Shown: piece by piece, positions 13,801-26,856 of the stretch
Numbering within the stretch: the first letter of the stretch is position 1
Layout: each line of letters opens with the position of its first letter
Source of the DNA: Peribolospora baueri
Lineage: Eukaryota
DNA length: 64,000 nt
NCBI GenBank assembly: GCA_029717555.1
Contig: JAMDHS010000010.1
Coordinates: 1-64,000, forward strand
Direction: 5' to 3'
Notes under the pieces: model-generated
Database searches by the model: none
What the model was told of the DNA's origin: nothing
What the model saw: only the letters and a program-made list of their open reading frames with translations
Made by a program: the position numbers and the translations under genes

Positions 13801-14290
13801 TGGGGAATGGGGTGGGAAACGCTTGGCCTGAGCGGGAGAGAAGTGAAGCTGACTGACTGGCTTGCTCGTTTACAGACGCCGCTGGGCGCGGACGAGTACG
13901 GGATGTCACAGCGAGAAGAGCTGGAGACGTCGTTGATCCGGTCGCTGATCGCGACCTACTTTGGGATCGTGCGACAGGGCATCCAGGACATTGTGCCCAA
14001 GGCGATCATGCATCTGCTCGTCAACTTTTCGCGCGAGTCGGTTCAGAACAGGCTTGTGGCAGGGCTGTACAAGGAGGACCTGTTCGAGGAGCTGTTGTAC
14101 GAGGACGAGGGGTTGGTGAGCGAGAGGAAGAGAGTGAAGGCGTTGTTGGACGCGTACAAGGAAGCTTTCAATGGTGAGTTTACGCGACTGGAGGTGCGGG
14201 CGAGGCGTCGACACTGACCTCGTCGTTTGCTCGTATGCCTTTTTTTCCATGCGCGCAGTCCTTTCTGAGGTCACCTTCAAGCCGACGTAA
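10838..14290 (+). CDS. DNM1: Dynamin-related mitochondrial/peroxisomal fission GTPase Dnm1
   Basis: G1 [46 protein letters not shown]; Dnm1-type middle domain [23 protein letters not shown]; insert B; GED. First exons 10838-10853 and 10971-10991; last exon ends ..VTFKPT* at 14290. Confidence 0.95.
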
Positions 14291-14557
14291 CATGGAGGAA
14301 CGGGCGACGAGGCGACGTAAGGGAGAAGGCAACGGCTCGTCGTGTGGCCCCGTTCTTGTTTGTTTCATTCTGGTTGCGCTGCCATTCTGCGGTTTGGCAT
14401 TTCGTGCCAACCCGTCCGTATATTGTCGGTCCTCTTCCTTCTTTCCCCCATAGTTCCCCTTCCCCCTTGCCTCCCTCTCCCCGCGGTTCATCCTTCGGCT
14501 CGATTACACGTACAGCGTCCGGTTTTCGTTCGAGCATCATCACGGGCGGGTTCCTCG

Positions 14558-14590
14558 GAACGAACGAACGAACGAACGAACGAACGAACG
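14558..14590 (+). repeat. (GAAC)n microsatellite
   Basis: About 8 tandem GAAC units. Confidence 0.85.
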
Positions 14591-15037
14591 AAGAGATCTC
14601 GGTCATCGACTCGTGTTGCTTAGCTCTTTTCTTTCTGTTTTTGCCTTTCCCGTTTCCTTTCCGTTTAGCTGCCTGCCCTTTCAGATCCGTGGGCCGCTCG
14701 CTAGCTAGCAGGCTCGCTGACTGGCTCGCTGACGGTAGCTGATGTGGTTGAATGACTGAGCTTGGGCGCGGTTAGAAAGAAGAATGGACGACTTGACTTG
14801 TCCCCGCGTTGCTATGCACCTTTCCTTCTGTGGGCGAATCTGGGGAAGGCGTGGGAGGAAAGCGAGACTGATTTGATTTGATGGAGTGACGATGGCGGTG
14901 GAAGTCTGCTCCCTTGGCTTTGCGATAAACAGCCCGGCGGGGCAGAGCGGGCGGGCGGGCTCAAGTGGGTCGGGGAACGGAAGGATGATGTGATGACGGG
15001 GTCGGGAGGGGTGAGTGCGGAGAAGGAAAAGGCGGGT

Positions 15038-15040
<3 letters not shown>

Positions 15041-15078
<38 letters not shown>

Positions 15079-15290
15079 GCCTGCGCTCTCCCCGCGGCAG
15101 GTAAGGGGCCCACTCATTTTGCCTCGCTCGCCTCGTCCCCTCGATGCTCTTGGCACGTGGCATCCGCGTTCGGACAAGGTCTGGGGCACCACCGTCCACC
15201 GTCCACCGTCCACCGTCCACCGTCCACCGTCCCGGCCCGGTCCGGTCCGGAGGGGGCTCGGCTGCGGCTGCGGCTGCGGCTGCGGCTGCG
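15041..15290 (+). repeat. Cluster of SSRs: (GATGAC)n, (CCGTCCA)n heptamer, (GGCTGC)n
   Basis: Tandem units visible at ~15041-15068, ~15189-15231 and ~15259-15290. Confidence 0.85.
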
Positions 15291-17077
15291 GTGATGCGGT
15301 GATGCGGCGGGTGTGACGACGAGATGAGGCGACGTCGGGCCAAACGTGCGTGTTGTGGAGGAGAGGGGAGTGGCAGGCAGAGTGTGCGTGAAGGAGATGA
15401 GATGAGTAGCTTGCCGACGATGGTGCATACAATACAGTACGCGTGAAAGGCGAGGCGACGAAAGAAAAGAAAAACGTCGGCTCGCCGCGTCGTCGGTGCT
15501 CTCTCCATGGCAGACAGACGATGGCGGAACATGGCTCGCCGCGCACACGCACCTCGGCACGTTTGCGCGTGAGTTCCGAGTTGGACAGAGAAAGACGGCT
15601 TGGTTCACATTCACATTCACATTTAGAGTCGTCCACCTTCCCCCGCCCGCGTCCGACCGAGCTCGTGATCAACCACCGGCCGGAAGGAAGGAGCGGTGGT
15701 TGACGTTTACGTTTCAGTTCTCGGTGTCGTCCGTGGTCACAAGGCCGTCGTCGTCGCGGTCGTCGTCGTCGCGGACGAGGTGCACACGAGCGACGAGTGG
15801 GCGCCGTCGGTCAGTCCGTCCGTCAGCCATCGTCGCTGTCCCTCGCACATACATACCCTGCCACCCATCTATCCTTTCTATCCTACGACGGAGGGAGGGA
15901 GCGACTTGCTTGACTACTACTCCTGTCCGGCCGATTGACGGACGGGCGGCTTTGTTGGTACTGTACTTGCGCCGTCGTATCGGAAGGAATGCTTCCATCC
16001 TCCTTCCACCCTATCCTATCCCATCCCGTCCATCAAAATCGTCTACCCATCCATCCATCTATCCATCTATCCATCCATCCTCCTCCGTCTTGCCCAACCC
16101 GGCCCTCCTCGCCAAACATACCCGCACGCACTCCGGCCCAGCCCGCGTTCGACGTTCCTATCGCGTCGCCCGTTCCTCCCTCTCTCCATCCCACCCCATC
16201 CCATCATCCCCCTCGTGCACCGTCAACAACCACCACCGTCGTCCCTGTCACCACCCACCACCTCCTTCCCGTCCGTCCACCTTCCCTCCTTCCACCTTCC
16301 CTCCTTCCACCCTCGTAACCCTTCCCACCTCTCCGCCTCTCTCTCGCCTCCCGAGAGAGACAAACAAGACGAACGCACGAACGGACGAACGACAGAATAC
16401 ACCCCGCGCAGCCCGTCGTCGGTCGCCACCCCTCATCCCATCCCATCCACCACCGCCATCCTCCTCCACCTCCACCTGTCGTCCCTACCTCGCCCTCGGC
16501 GCTCGTTGATTGGAGTGGCAGAGCAGACACTCGGACCGGCCGTGCTTTCAGCAGAACAGGTGGGTGTGCGTGCGGTGCGGCGCATACATAGACCAGACCG
16601 TGTCCACCAGCCAGCCAGCCCGCCCATCCTCATCCCTTCCTCCCGCGTCGATCATATATCCCCAACTCATTCCCACCGTCTACGCATCCGACGCCGCCGT
16701 CTCTCATCACCCTCGTCTTCCCTCCTTCTCCTGTCTTTTTCTGCCCCCTCCTTCCCATCCTGTCTCAGACAGGTACGCATCCGACTCCGACTCGGCTTCG
16801 CGCCGTACACATCCATCTTTCTTCCCTCCTTTCCTTTCCCTCTCCAACCTCGCCACCGACCTTCGTCCTCCATCGATCCCATCGTCCCTCGTCTCCCTCT
16901 TGGGCGGAAACTCGGCGCGCAGAGTATATATATAGAGAGAGAGAGGTTTTTTTTGGGAGGATTCAGTGTCGGACGTCTCCTCTTTTCCCCGGATCCCGTC
17001 TTCACAGCGGCCCCGTTTCGTAGACATTCCCTCGGCATTTCTTTGCCTCTCCTCCTTCCTTCCACCCCATCACCACC

Positions 17078-19954
17078 ATGTCCACCGCCACACTCACCCT
17101 TCCGCCACCCTTCGTCACCACCGGCCCCGGCGCCGCTCCGACACCCGACGACTCCGACCTCCAGGTTCGACAGCCGTCCATCTGTGTCGACTACCTCAGT
17201 CACGTGTGGACGGACGAGGACGTGTGGACGAGCTGGAAGGCAATGACGCGCCACAAGTACGAGATCGCCAACGGTGTTCGACTCGAGAACGCCAGTTGGA
17301 GGACGTGGGCCAAGCAGAGGGGCGCTCTCAGGACGGTGAGCCCCGAGACGCTCAATTGGTGAGTCGCTACCGCCGCCCCGCCGGATTGCTCTCCCCTCTC
17401 GTTTCGCTCCTTCCCGCCGATCTCGCCCTCGTCCTACCGTCCGGGCAGATGTCTTTTCAGGATCCTTGGCTTATTGTTTCTCCCGTTTCCCTTACCCTCT
17501 CCCCGTCCGGGGCCACCCTACGTGCTCTTACAGGCTCAAGGACAGCGACGTAACGTGGCTCTATGGTCCCCTGCACGTCGCCGCCGATCCCGTGCCGCCG
17601 GCCAGAGTGGCGACGATCGAGGAGAGGCTCAACGTCGACAACCCTCTCAAGCCTCACGGCAAGAAGGGCATCCTCAAGCACCGCTCCATCACCGAGATGC
17701 TCACTCTTCCTCACCGTTCCTCGTCGCCCGTGTACGAAGCGACGAACGTGGACGAGGAGATGGCCTCGGACGACGAAAAGGCGTCCAAGCTCATGCTCGT
17801 CCGGTCCGACACCAACCTCGCCTCGCAGCAGCGCGCCAAGCGAGGCAACATGTCTCTCTCTCCGCCCATCAACTACGCCACCGTCGCCGGGGCGCCATAC
17901 GGCTCGATGAAACGGTTAGACAGCGTCAGCGGCAGTTCCAAGGACAGCCGGAAACGGCACATCAGCTTCAGCAACCGAGTGGAGCAGTGCATCGCTGTGG
18001 ACATGCCCGAGCCGCAAGAGGTGTCGTCGGACGAGATGGAGGACGACGATGATATGGACGAGGACGGAGATCAGAGCGACGACGAGGAGGACGACATGCT
18101 TACCATGCGTTCTAGCCCCCGCGCCGGGCCGTCGCTGTCCCACTTTGTCGGCTCCTCCTCTCGCAGCTCCAGCACTGCACCCGTCGACTCGACGTATACC
18201 ATTGCCAAGTTGGCGCCCACGACGTTGAAGACGTCCGATGTCTACCCGGCTCCATCGCCCGCCGTGGTATATACCATGGGACCGCCGCCGCCCGGTTACA
18301 TGGCCGGTCCTGGAGGAGCTTACGAGTCGGACGAACGACTGCAAGAGACGACGGGCTCGCAGCTTACCTCCCAGGAGCACGGCTACCAGTCGTACTCCAC
18401 TTCCTACGCCCCTCCCCGCTCTGATCTTCAGCCTTCGCCCTCCGGCTCCGGCTACGCTTACGCCGGCGCCGGCTCCTCCGCCGCGAGGTCCGCGCAGCAG
18501 AGCCAATGGGACGCGGATAACGACTTCAACGCGGGGTTTGATTACTTCAGCGCACCCGACCCTGGCACGGGCGAGGAGTACGGCGCGCACCTTGACGGCG
18601 CCGGCGGCTACATGTACGGGTATCCCTACGGCAAAGGGCCGGCCGACTCGCAGCCGTCCGGGCCGTCGTCTGCAGGCGACCAGGGCGGAAAGCCGGCTCG
18701 ACACGGCAGCAGGGAGGCGGACGCGCGCGCCGGGGGCCCGGTCGTCCATTCCACCGAGGTGGCGGCATCGTCGTCGCAGAAGAACGGCGACTCGACCTTT
18801 TCGTCTGACTACTCCTCATCTTCCGTCATTTCCACTGGCCGGGAATCTTCCGCGTCATCGTCTTCCTCCGGCACGACGACGACGTCCTCCCTCTCCACTT
18901 CTGCCGCAGGCGGCGGGCCGCCTCCGGCCGCGCCGAGGAGCATCCTCAAGAATCGCGTGGTGAGACCGCCGTCTTCGTCCGGTTTCGGTTTTGACGACGA
19001 CGACAACAGCCAGGGAAATGGACGGGGCGCTGAGGCGACCGGCGAGGTCGCCGCGGATGGCGAGGCCGACCTCAGCGCCCCAGACTCGATCAAGGCCGCC
19101 GCCCAGTATGACGACGCAGGCGTCGACGCATCCTGGCCGTCCTCCTCGTCCTTTTCCTCCTCCTCGTCGCCCGCCGCCCAAGATTCGGCGGCGTACGGCG
19201 CGACGCTCTCACCGCCCAACTCGGTCCCTTTCCAAGCACACCACGCTCACGCCGGCGTCCCTTCACCCCCGGCCTACGCATCTCCCCGCGCCACATCCCC
19301 GTCCGGAAGCGAGGGTACGACGAGAGGCCGGACGTCGCGCCGCATCCCCAGCTCAGCGTCCGAAGAGCGCCTCGCGTCGTCGTACGCCTCGACGGGGAGT
19401 GTGCGCAGTCGGAGCAGCAGCGGATCCGGCTCGAGCAGCGCCGCGAGCTACTCGCCCGGCTCGGGGCCGGGGCCCGGCCACGGCGGGTACACCGTCTCAC
19501 AAAGCGTCGCCATCCGGTACGCGAGTCCGAACGCCGCGACGACGGTCCGTCGAGACGCGAGCGCGGACGAGTCGTCCAGCTCGTCGTCGTCCCATCCCAA
19601 GATCGGCTTTGTGCCCCCTTCTTCGTCTTCTTCGTCTTCCTCTTCTTCCCTTTCCTCCTCCTCGTCTCCGCCTCAGCCTCCGCCTCCCTCCTCGGCCGCC
19701 GGTACGTCTGCCAAGCGCCCGGCCCCGGCTGGCGACGACGGTCGGTCTTCCTTTCGAGACGACGGCCGACGGTCTTTCGCCGAGGGTAGAGGAGGCAGAG
19801 AGGACGACGACGGGCTGGGCCCGCCGAGCCAGAAGACGCTCAAGGAGAACGGTCCGGTCAGCCTGAGCGGCGAAGGAGACGTGGATGTGGATGTGGACGT
19901 GGACGTGGCGAACGGCGAAGCGAACAACAGGTCCGCTTCGGCCGCCGGGCTCGT

Positions 19955-19989
<35 letters not shown>

Positions 19990-20729
19990 CTTTGTCGAGG
20001 TCGGGAAAAGAGCAAGGCGGCGCGACGGTGGTGGACGTGAGGGGCGGTGAGAAGGACATCCCCGTGACGGTAGCGTCGCCGTCGCCGTCGTTCGCCGCTC
20101 GACCCAGGGGCACGTCCGGATCGCCGCAACCTGGCGGCGGGCCGAGACACGGCCACGGCCACGGTCCCGCCGGCAAGGCCGCCCCGGGCACGCCCGCGGC
20201 GGGCAAGTCGACGGCGACGGCGACTCCGCTCAACGTGGACACGAGGGAGGCTTCGAGCGCCGCGCTGGCGTCGCCGAGCGGCACGAGCGGGCCCGTCGTC
20301 ACTTTGTCGCCGTCCGGGTCTGGGTCTGGATCGGGATCGGCGGCGCCTTTGTCATCGTCATCGGGCGACGGCAAAAAGTCGCTGTCGGTCCACTCTCGAC
20401 ACCGCTCCGACCCGACGCCACGCTCTCCCGGCACGGCCACGGCCAAGGCCAAGGCCAAGGTGACCAAGGCGGACTCGAAACGGGGCCGGCTTTCTGCGGA
20501 CTATGCCGCTGTCGTCGTTGCTGATGATGATGATGATGAGGGGGAGGAAGAAGAGGAGGAGGAGGAAGAGGAAGAAGAAGAGGAGGGAGGGATCATGGGG
20601 AGAGCGGCGGAGATTGTGAACACGGCGAGAGACCTTGTCGGCGCGCTATGGAGTGTTGGCGGGTGGGGAGGCGCGAGCGGTGGCGGCGGGGGGACAAGAG
20701 AAGGGTCGTCGTCGAGCGGAGGGCGATGA
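17078..20729 (+). CDS. REG1: Reg1-like protein phosphatase 1 regulatory subunit (DUF1752 domain), 2 exons (17078-17358, 17534-20729)
   Basis: PSICVDYLSH.W..EDVW.SW...NGVRLENASWRTWAKQR..L.TVSPETLNW|LKDSDVTWLYGPL; KGILK; RVxF-type KRHISFSNRVEQCIA; SILK motif in the tail. Confidence 0.88.
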
Positions 20730-21759
20730 CGATGACGAGGATTCGCCGCCGACGGTCTTTCTTTATGCCCATCCCATCCCATCCCACCTCCACTCGCTCG
20801 CCTAACTAACGAGCGGCGCGCATCGTCGTCGTCGTCGTCGTCGTCGTCGTCGGGAGAAGTGACACGAACCGGAACCGATTTTTCTCGTACGCACACGTAT
20901 AACACATATTTCATTCCTTTCGCTCGGTACGGCCCGCGTCGTCGTCGTACAAGGTTGCTGCAGTACCGTCCGTCCGTATCACCCGTATCGTCGTCCGTCG
21001 TCGTCTTCTTTCTTCATGTCTTTATATCGATCGTCCTATTTCGTATGCGTGTGTCATTCTACCGTCTTCCGTATGGGCCCTGATCGGCATCGGCATCGGC
21101 ATTCTCCCTTTCAATTTCAATCCAAACCCCAGTCCAACCAATCCCCCAATCCAATTCCAAATTCGTTTCCGTTTCGTCTCAGTCCAGACGAAGACTCGAG
21201 AGTACAGAACGAGACACACACACACAGGCACTCCATCAATTCAACCCGAGCTAAGCCAAGACCAGGCCAGACACAGGCGGAGGGACGGAGAGGTACCGGC
21301 TAGCGTGTCTGTGAAGAATCGAAATCCATCCTCCCATCCTCCATCCATCCCCCCGCCGCCGCCGCACCACCAAACCGAAACCGAAACCGAAACCGATCAT
21401 CGCAACAACAGAGCAGCGCGCCGCGCCGTCCTTTTGCCCATCCGAACGAGGTACGGCCGGCCAGAATGGAGAGGAGAGGAGAGGAGAGGAGAGACGGCCT
21501 ATCGTTCTGTCCCATAACTACTGTATCCGATCGCGGTCTGGAAGAGCGGGAAGATCTTATCGACGGCCAACAAAAAAAAAAGAAAGGAAAACGAAAACGA
21601 AAACGAAAACGAAAAGAAGACAAAAAATGAGTTCGTAGTGGGAAGAAGGGACAGGTAACCCCCCGCCGCCGCGCGCCTCGACTGGTCGATCGATCGATCG
21701 GTCGGTCGTCGTCGTTCGTTCTTGATTAGACCAAGGCGGATCCAATGTCCAGCTCGGGC

Positions 21760-23329
21760 TTAGAGCCCAGCAAAGTATCCGACGAGGCCAACGAGGCCCA
21801 TAGTGACAAAGAGCTGTGCACGTTCAAAGACGACGGCGGCGGGGACGGCGGCGCCGGTGAGCGAGGAGGACCTGGTGCTGGCAGTGACGATGGGCTCGCC
21901 GGTGGTGGTATCGTTGGTGTCGCCGTAGGAGTAGGAGGTCGCGTTGCCGTTAGCGCCCGCGTCGGCGCACTCGACGTTGAGCCAGAGGATCTCGTTGGAA
22001 AAGTAGCCGTTCTTGACGTAATCCCGGTCCGACCAGTCGATCATCCCGCCCGCCCACTGCACCGTCCCGCTCGGCATGGTGCTCAAGCCGGCGGGCCAGA
22101 TGGACAGCTGGACGCGCGACGGCGAGCGCGGGTACTTGTCCGTGTCCGAGGCCTGGACGGTGCGGAGAACCTGGCCGTCGACGATCCACTGCAGCTGGTC
22201 CTGTTGCCAGTTGATCGTGTCTGCGCGTTGGTCGGCAAAAGGGTGAGCGAAGACGGCGACTCTCCTCTTATCCGGCCCCTGCCGGCACCAATAAGCAGGC
22301 ACGACGACGAGAGCGGGCACTCACATGCGTGCCAATCAGAAGAGCTGAAGCCGGAAGGCACGGACGGCTTCTCTCCGTTGGTGTAGTCCGCGATTCCAAG
22401 TTTGTCTGTGGGAGGGGCGAGGAGGGAGACGGTGATCAGACGAGATCAGCCCGCCCTGGCCTCGTCGAGCTCCAAGCGCGCCACCTTGGATTCCGTGCCG
22501 TAAGAATACGGCCGAAGAGGGATGGGGGGCACTCACAGAAGTTGGTCTCCACGTCCTGGGCCGAGGCGGTGGTGAACTCAAAGTCGATTTCATCTGTAAA
22601 AGGTGGTCGCCGTCGGAGAAGAGGTAAGCGACGAGCTGGGCCGAGTCTCGACGACCGCCAATGTAGTCAGGCCCGTCTTTCCCATGAACAAAAAGTCGAA
22701 CGCTCGCCTTTGATGTCGCTCATCATGATCGCAGCGGCCACGACGCCGGCCTTGCTGGCGTGGCGCATCATGACAGTGATCTTTCCGTAGTGGACATATC
22801 TCGTCGTGCTCAGCCTCGTTCCGCCGCCCTTCTCGGTCAAGGTGAGCAAGACGCCCTGTCCTCCCGGCTGAGGATTGCCAGAGTCGAGAGTGAAGTGGGC
22901 CTTGTTGGCGTTGCCGGTGTAGTCGGTGAGGTTGGTGATGATCGACGTGTTGTACACGGCCGTGTTGGCCAGGGAGATGTTTTGCGACACACAGATCGGG
23001 TTGGCGGCGCAGGCGTCGGGGGCATAGGAGAGCAGAGGGTTGCAGCCGCCTGGAGAGACAAGGACGGAGGGAGGGAGACGGGTGAGCGACGAACGGCGAC
23101 GCGATGGAACGACGATGCGAGTCGGAGGGCAGGCAGACTGACCGAGACAGAAGGCGCTCGTGCTACCGCAATTAGAGTACTCGCTCGCACAAGGGTTCGC
23201 CTCTGGACATTTGTTGTTGACGGTGGCCTGTTGAGCGACGGCGGCGGAGGGGGCGAGGGGGAGGAGGAGGGAGGAGGAGAGGGCGAGGGCCGCGGACGAG
23301 AGCGCGGCGAGGCGGCGAGAGGCGCGCAT
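21760..23329 (-). CDS. UTR2: GPI-anchored GH16 chitin transglycosylase, Utr2/Crh2-like (5 exons)
   Basis: Signal peptide; Cys-rich CBM18-like CPEANPCASEYSNCG..FCLGGCNP; TRYVHYGKI; catalytic DEIDFEF; WHAYTINW; YPRSPSRVQLSIWPAG; hydrophobic GPI tail. Confidence 0.9.
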
Positions 23330-23449
23330 TAGGAGAGGCGGTGGTGCGAGGGACGAGGAAAGATGTGAGTGCGGGCGGTGAGGATGCGCTCAAGGAAGGG
23401 CGGGGTTCGCGGAGAGGGAGCGTGGGGCGTGGGTTGGCGACAAAGGCGG

Positions 23450-23880
23450 GCTGGGGCTGGGGCTGGGGCTGAGGCTGAGGCTGAGGCTGTTCTGTCGAGG
23501 GAGTGTGGTGGTTGAGGAAGGAGAGTGTCTGCGTACAGAAGACAGGAAGGTCAAGTGAAGACGAGGACGAGGACGAGGTTTGTCTGTGGCTGTGTGAAAG
23601 GGAGAAGGAGAAGAAGGGCGACGGCGAGGGCGAGCGAAGAAAGGGCATTCCGACGCACCACGCAGCCGCCGAGGAGCCGGTCAGCCGAACCAGCCAAGCG
23701 CCCGACGTCAACCGTCAAGCGGTCAAGCATCAAACGTCAAGTCAAGCCCCGTCATCTCGTCTCGTCCGAGGCGTCTTCCACCAGCCGCGCATGCGCCCGT
23801 GCAAAAAAAGGAGCCAAGCCGGGAACACGACTGTCCTCGCACAAGGAAGAGAGGGGAATAAGGAGGGGGACGCTACGCTA

Positions 23881-23913
<33 letters not shown>
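23450..23913 (+). repeat. SSRs (GGCTGG/GGCTGA)n at ~23450-23488 and (GCTG)n at ~23882-23913
   Basis: Direct tandem units. Confidence 0.8.
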
Positions 23914-23914
<1 letters not shown>

Positions 23915-24559
23915 GTGGACGACGCGGAGGCTGAGCCGGCGCCCCCGCTTCCTTCCCTCCCTCGTGACGGCGATCCATCCCGCAGCGCACATACAAGTCT
24001 CACTCTCAGTCTCACCGCCGGCGCCGTTCGCTCTGGGATCGCTGAGGGAGGAAAAAAAGGAAAAAAGAGTCAACGCCGCCGCGAGCCAAGCCGGCCAGCC
24101 GAGACGCAGGTACGGGACGGCTGCGGTACACCACTACCATTCGTGTCGTTAACCCAAGGGCTAACTAATAAGAGGCGGTAGGCGCGGATTGGCGGATCGG
24201 CGGATCGGCGGGCGGATCGGCGAGGCGCGCGAAGGAAAGGAAAGGGAGGAAGGGATGGACGGCTCCTCTCCAACGCTCGGCTGCCCAACTCGCATCGTCG
24301 CATTTCATCTCAGTATAGGTACAGATGGGTGGAGATAAGCTGAGCGGGGACGAAAGCGCGACGCATGGAGACGAACGAGACGTGGGGCGCCGAGACGGCC
24401 ATGGATGGATGGGATCGAGTCGAAGGAAAGACATAGAATAGAGACAGAGATAGAGAAACAGAAAAAAAGACGACGGCGACGACTCGGCGTGAGCGGAAAC
24501 GAAGTGCAACACTCGTTCCAGCGCTCGGCCGACCGCGCGTTCGCTCCTCCTTCCCTCCC

Positions 24560-26856
24560 TCACTCCTTGCTCTTGTGCTTCTTCTTCTTCTTCTCCCCCC
24601 CGTCTGGCGTCTCCACCGCCGCCGCCACCGACACCCCGTCCATCTCCGAAGCCCTTCGCTTCTTCTTCTCCTTCTTCTCCTTCTTCTCGCTCTTCGGCGT
24701 CGCCTCCGTCGGAGCGGCGCTGCTCGCCGCGGGCGTCGCCAGAGCGACAGCGTCCCCGTTGACTTGCTGCCCTTCGCTCTTCCTCCGCTTCTTCTCCTCC
24801 TTCTTCGCCGCCTTCTCCGCCTTCCTCGCCGCCTTTTCCGCCTTCCTCTCCTCCTTGCTCTTCTTCTCCTTCTTCGCTGACCCACCCGCCTCTTCTTCCT
24901 CCTCCTCCTCCTCGCTCTCCTCCTCCTCCTTTTCCCGCTTCCCTGGCGTCGTCGGAGGCTGGGTGGGCACAAACGCGGTAGCGTCCGCCGCATCATTGTA
25001 CGTCGCGCCCGAACCTTGCATCTCAAACTTGCCCTGCTTGTTCGCACCCGACCCTCGAGACGGCAGAGCTGCCGTGCGGCCCTCCAACTGCGCCAGTCGC
25101 TGCTCCAGTCGCGCCCGGTTCTCGATGCCCATGATCGGCGCGTCCGGCGACGCCTTCGAATCGTCATCGGCCAGAGCGTCGACGCGGATCGACAGCGCCG
25201 TCTTCGTTGCCGTCATGCGGGCCATCTGCAAAGCAAGAACAAACGTGGCGATGAGGGCGATTAGAAATACACCACCTCCTCCGGTCCATAATTCTCAATC
25301 CCACTCACCTTGCCCTTGAGTTTCTGCGACGCCTGTCCGACCAGACTGGCGTGGAAGATGATGCCGTACTTGGGCGTGTCGTGCTTGGTCTTGAGCGCTC
25401 GGAAGAGCGCCTTCTCCGCTCCCAGAATCTGGATCGTGCTAGCCGGGAACTTGGCCAGGTTCATCAAGCTGCCCGCGTGCGCGATCAGCCGCGCGCCGAC
25501 CAGCTCGCCAACGATCGCCGTCAAGTTGGGTGCGATGGCCCGCATTCTGTTTTGCAGGTAGTCATACAGTTGCGCGCGGTAGCCGGTGATGCTGATCACC
25601 TGGTCGGCGAGGTGCTGGATGTGCACAATGTCGGTGTCGCTGATCTCCGTACCCATTGAGATCTCCGCCGCCGCCCTGAGCGACTCCTCGAGCTCCTCGG
25701 GCAGGATGGCGGAAAAGTCAGTCGTGGAGGTATTGGTGCGGAAGCCCATCGCCTTGACGACCTTTGCGTAGGCCAGGTTGTCGGTGATGATCTTGGACAT
25801 TTCCGGAAAGTGCCACCCATACCATTCCTACAAAGCAAACGAAGATCAAAGGCGAATATCAATGACCGCCCACCAAGACAACTCGGTTCTTCACGCTCAT
25901 CGCGCCGACTCACCTTGACCCTCATCGCGTAGATGTTACCTTCCTTGTCCAAATCGTCCAAGAGACCGATCGCCTGGACGATCATCGTGTCAATCTTCTC
26001 AGTACTGAACTTAAGCTTGTACCGGCTGAGACTGTGGGAGAGACCGAGGTTCATCGTCGAGAGGTCCTTCGGGTCCAGGCCGTCGAGAAGGACGGAGAGC
26101 TGTTGTCGGATACCTCGGTAGAGGTCCTGGACCGTCGAGTCGGAGACAACCTTGATGGAAAGCTTTTTGGCGATCGCACCGCCTGAGAGCAGGGACATCA
26201 TGGATAGATACAAATCGATAATGAGCAAACCAGAGCCTTTGTCGGTCCCTGTGATCCACTTCGCTCGATCCAGGAGAAGAAACCCTTCCCTAGCCGTGCA
26301 CTCACCAAGCTTAGGGTCAACGACGGCGAGCGTCTCGTTTTTCCCCTTCCCCTTCTTCCCATCCTGGCCCGAGATCTCATCGAGGAGAAACTTTTTCAGT
26401 CCCTTCGAAAGTTTTCCCTCCGCAATGGCAGTCGCGTCCTCTACTGCCTCGGCGGTGGAAGTGAAGCGGTGGATGGCCTTGAGCTTGAGTCTGTGTGAGA
26501 ACGAGCGAGGGCATAGTATAAAGGCACGGTCAAATGAAACGTCTTCTAAAACGAGCACAGAATTTGACAGAACTCGTGTGCGGGAGGTGAGCAGGTCTTT
26601 CGCACTCACAGGTTGCTCGCTCTCTCCGATGTTTCAAACTCTTTCCACAAGTCCTCGCTCTCCAGCTTGCCCGAGTCGACGAGCTTGAAGAGGCAGAAGC
26701 CCACTGAAAATGTCCACACCAAGTTAACCGTAAGCCAATCCGCCCTATCTCTGCTCAGATATGTGCTTGCGCTCGTCCGCGCTTCGTCCTGCACAGCTCG
26801 AGTGTTCCGGGTGCCAGCGCTTTTTGCTCACCAGAGGTTTCAAAGAGAACAAGCAT
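24560..26856 (-). CDS. NOP58: Box C/D snoRNP core protein Nop58
   Basis: [16 protein letters not shown]..; [96 protein letters not shown]-rich tail. Confidence 0.95.

Noticed and set aside
14700..17050. Numerous 100-340 aa ORFs on both strands upstream of REG1
   Set aside because: Translations are microsatellite-derived low complexity, typical of stop-poor GC-rich non-coding DNA.
25232..26830. Intronic snoRNAs in NOP58 (and RPL27) introns
   Set aside because: No convincing box C (RUGAUGA)/box D (CUGA) pair with a terminal stem found by eye.
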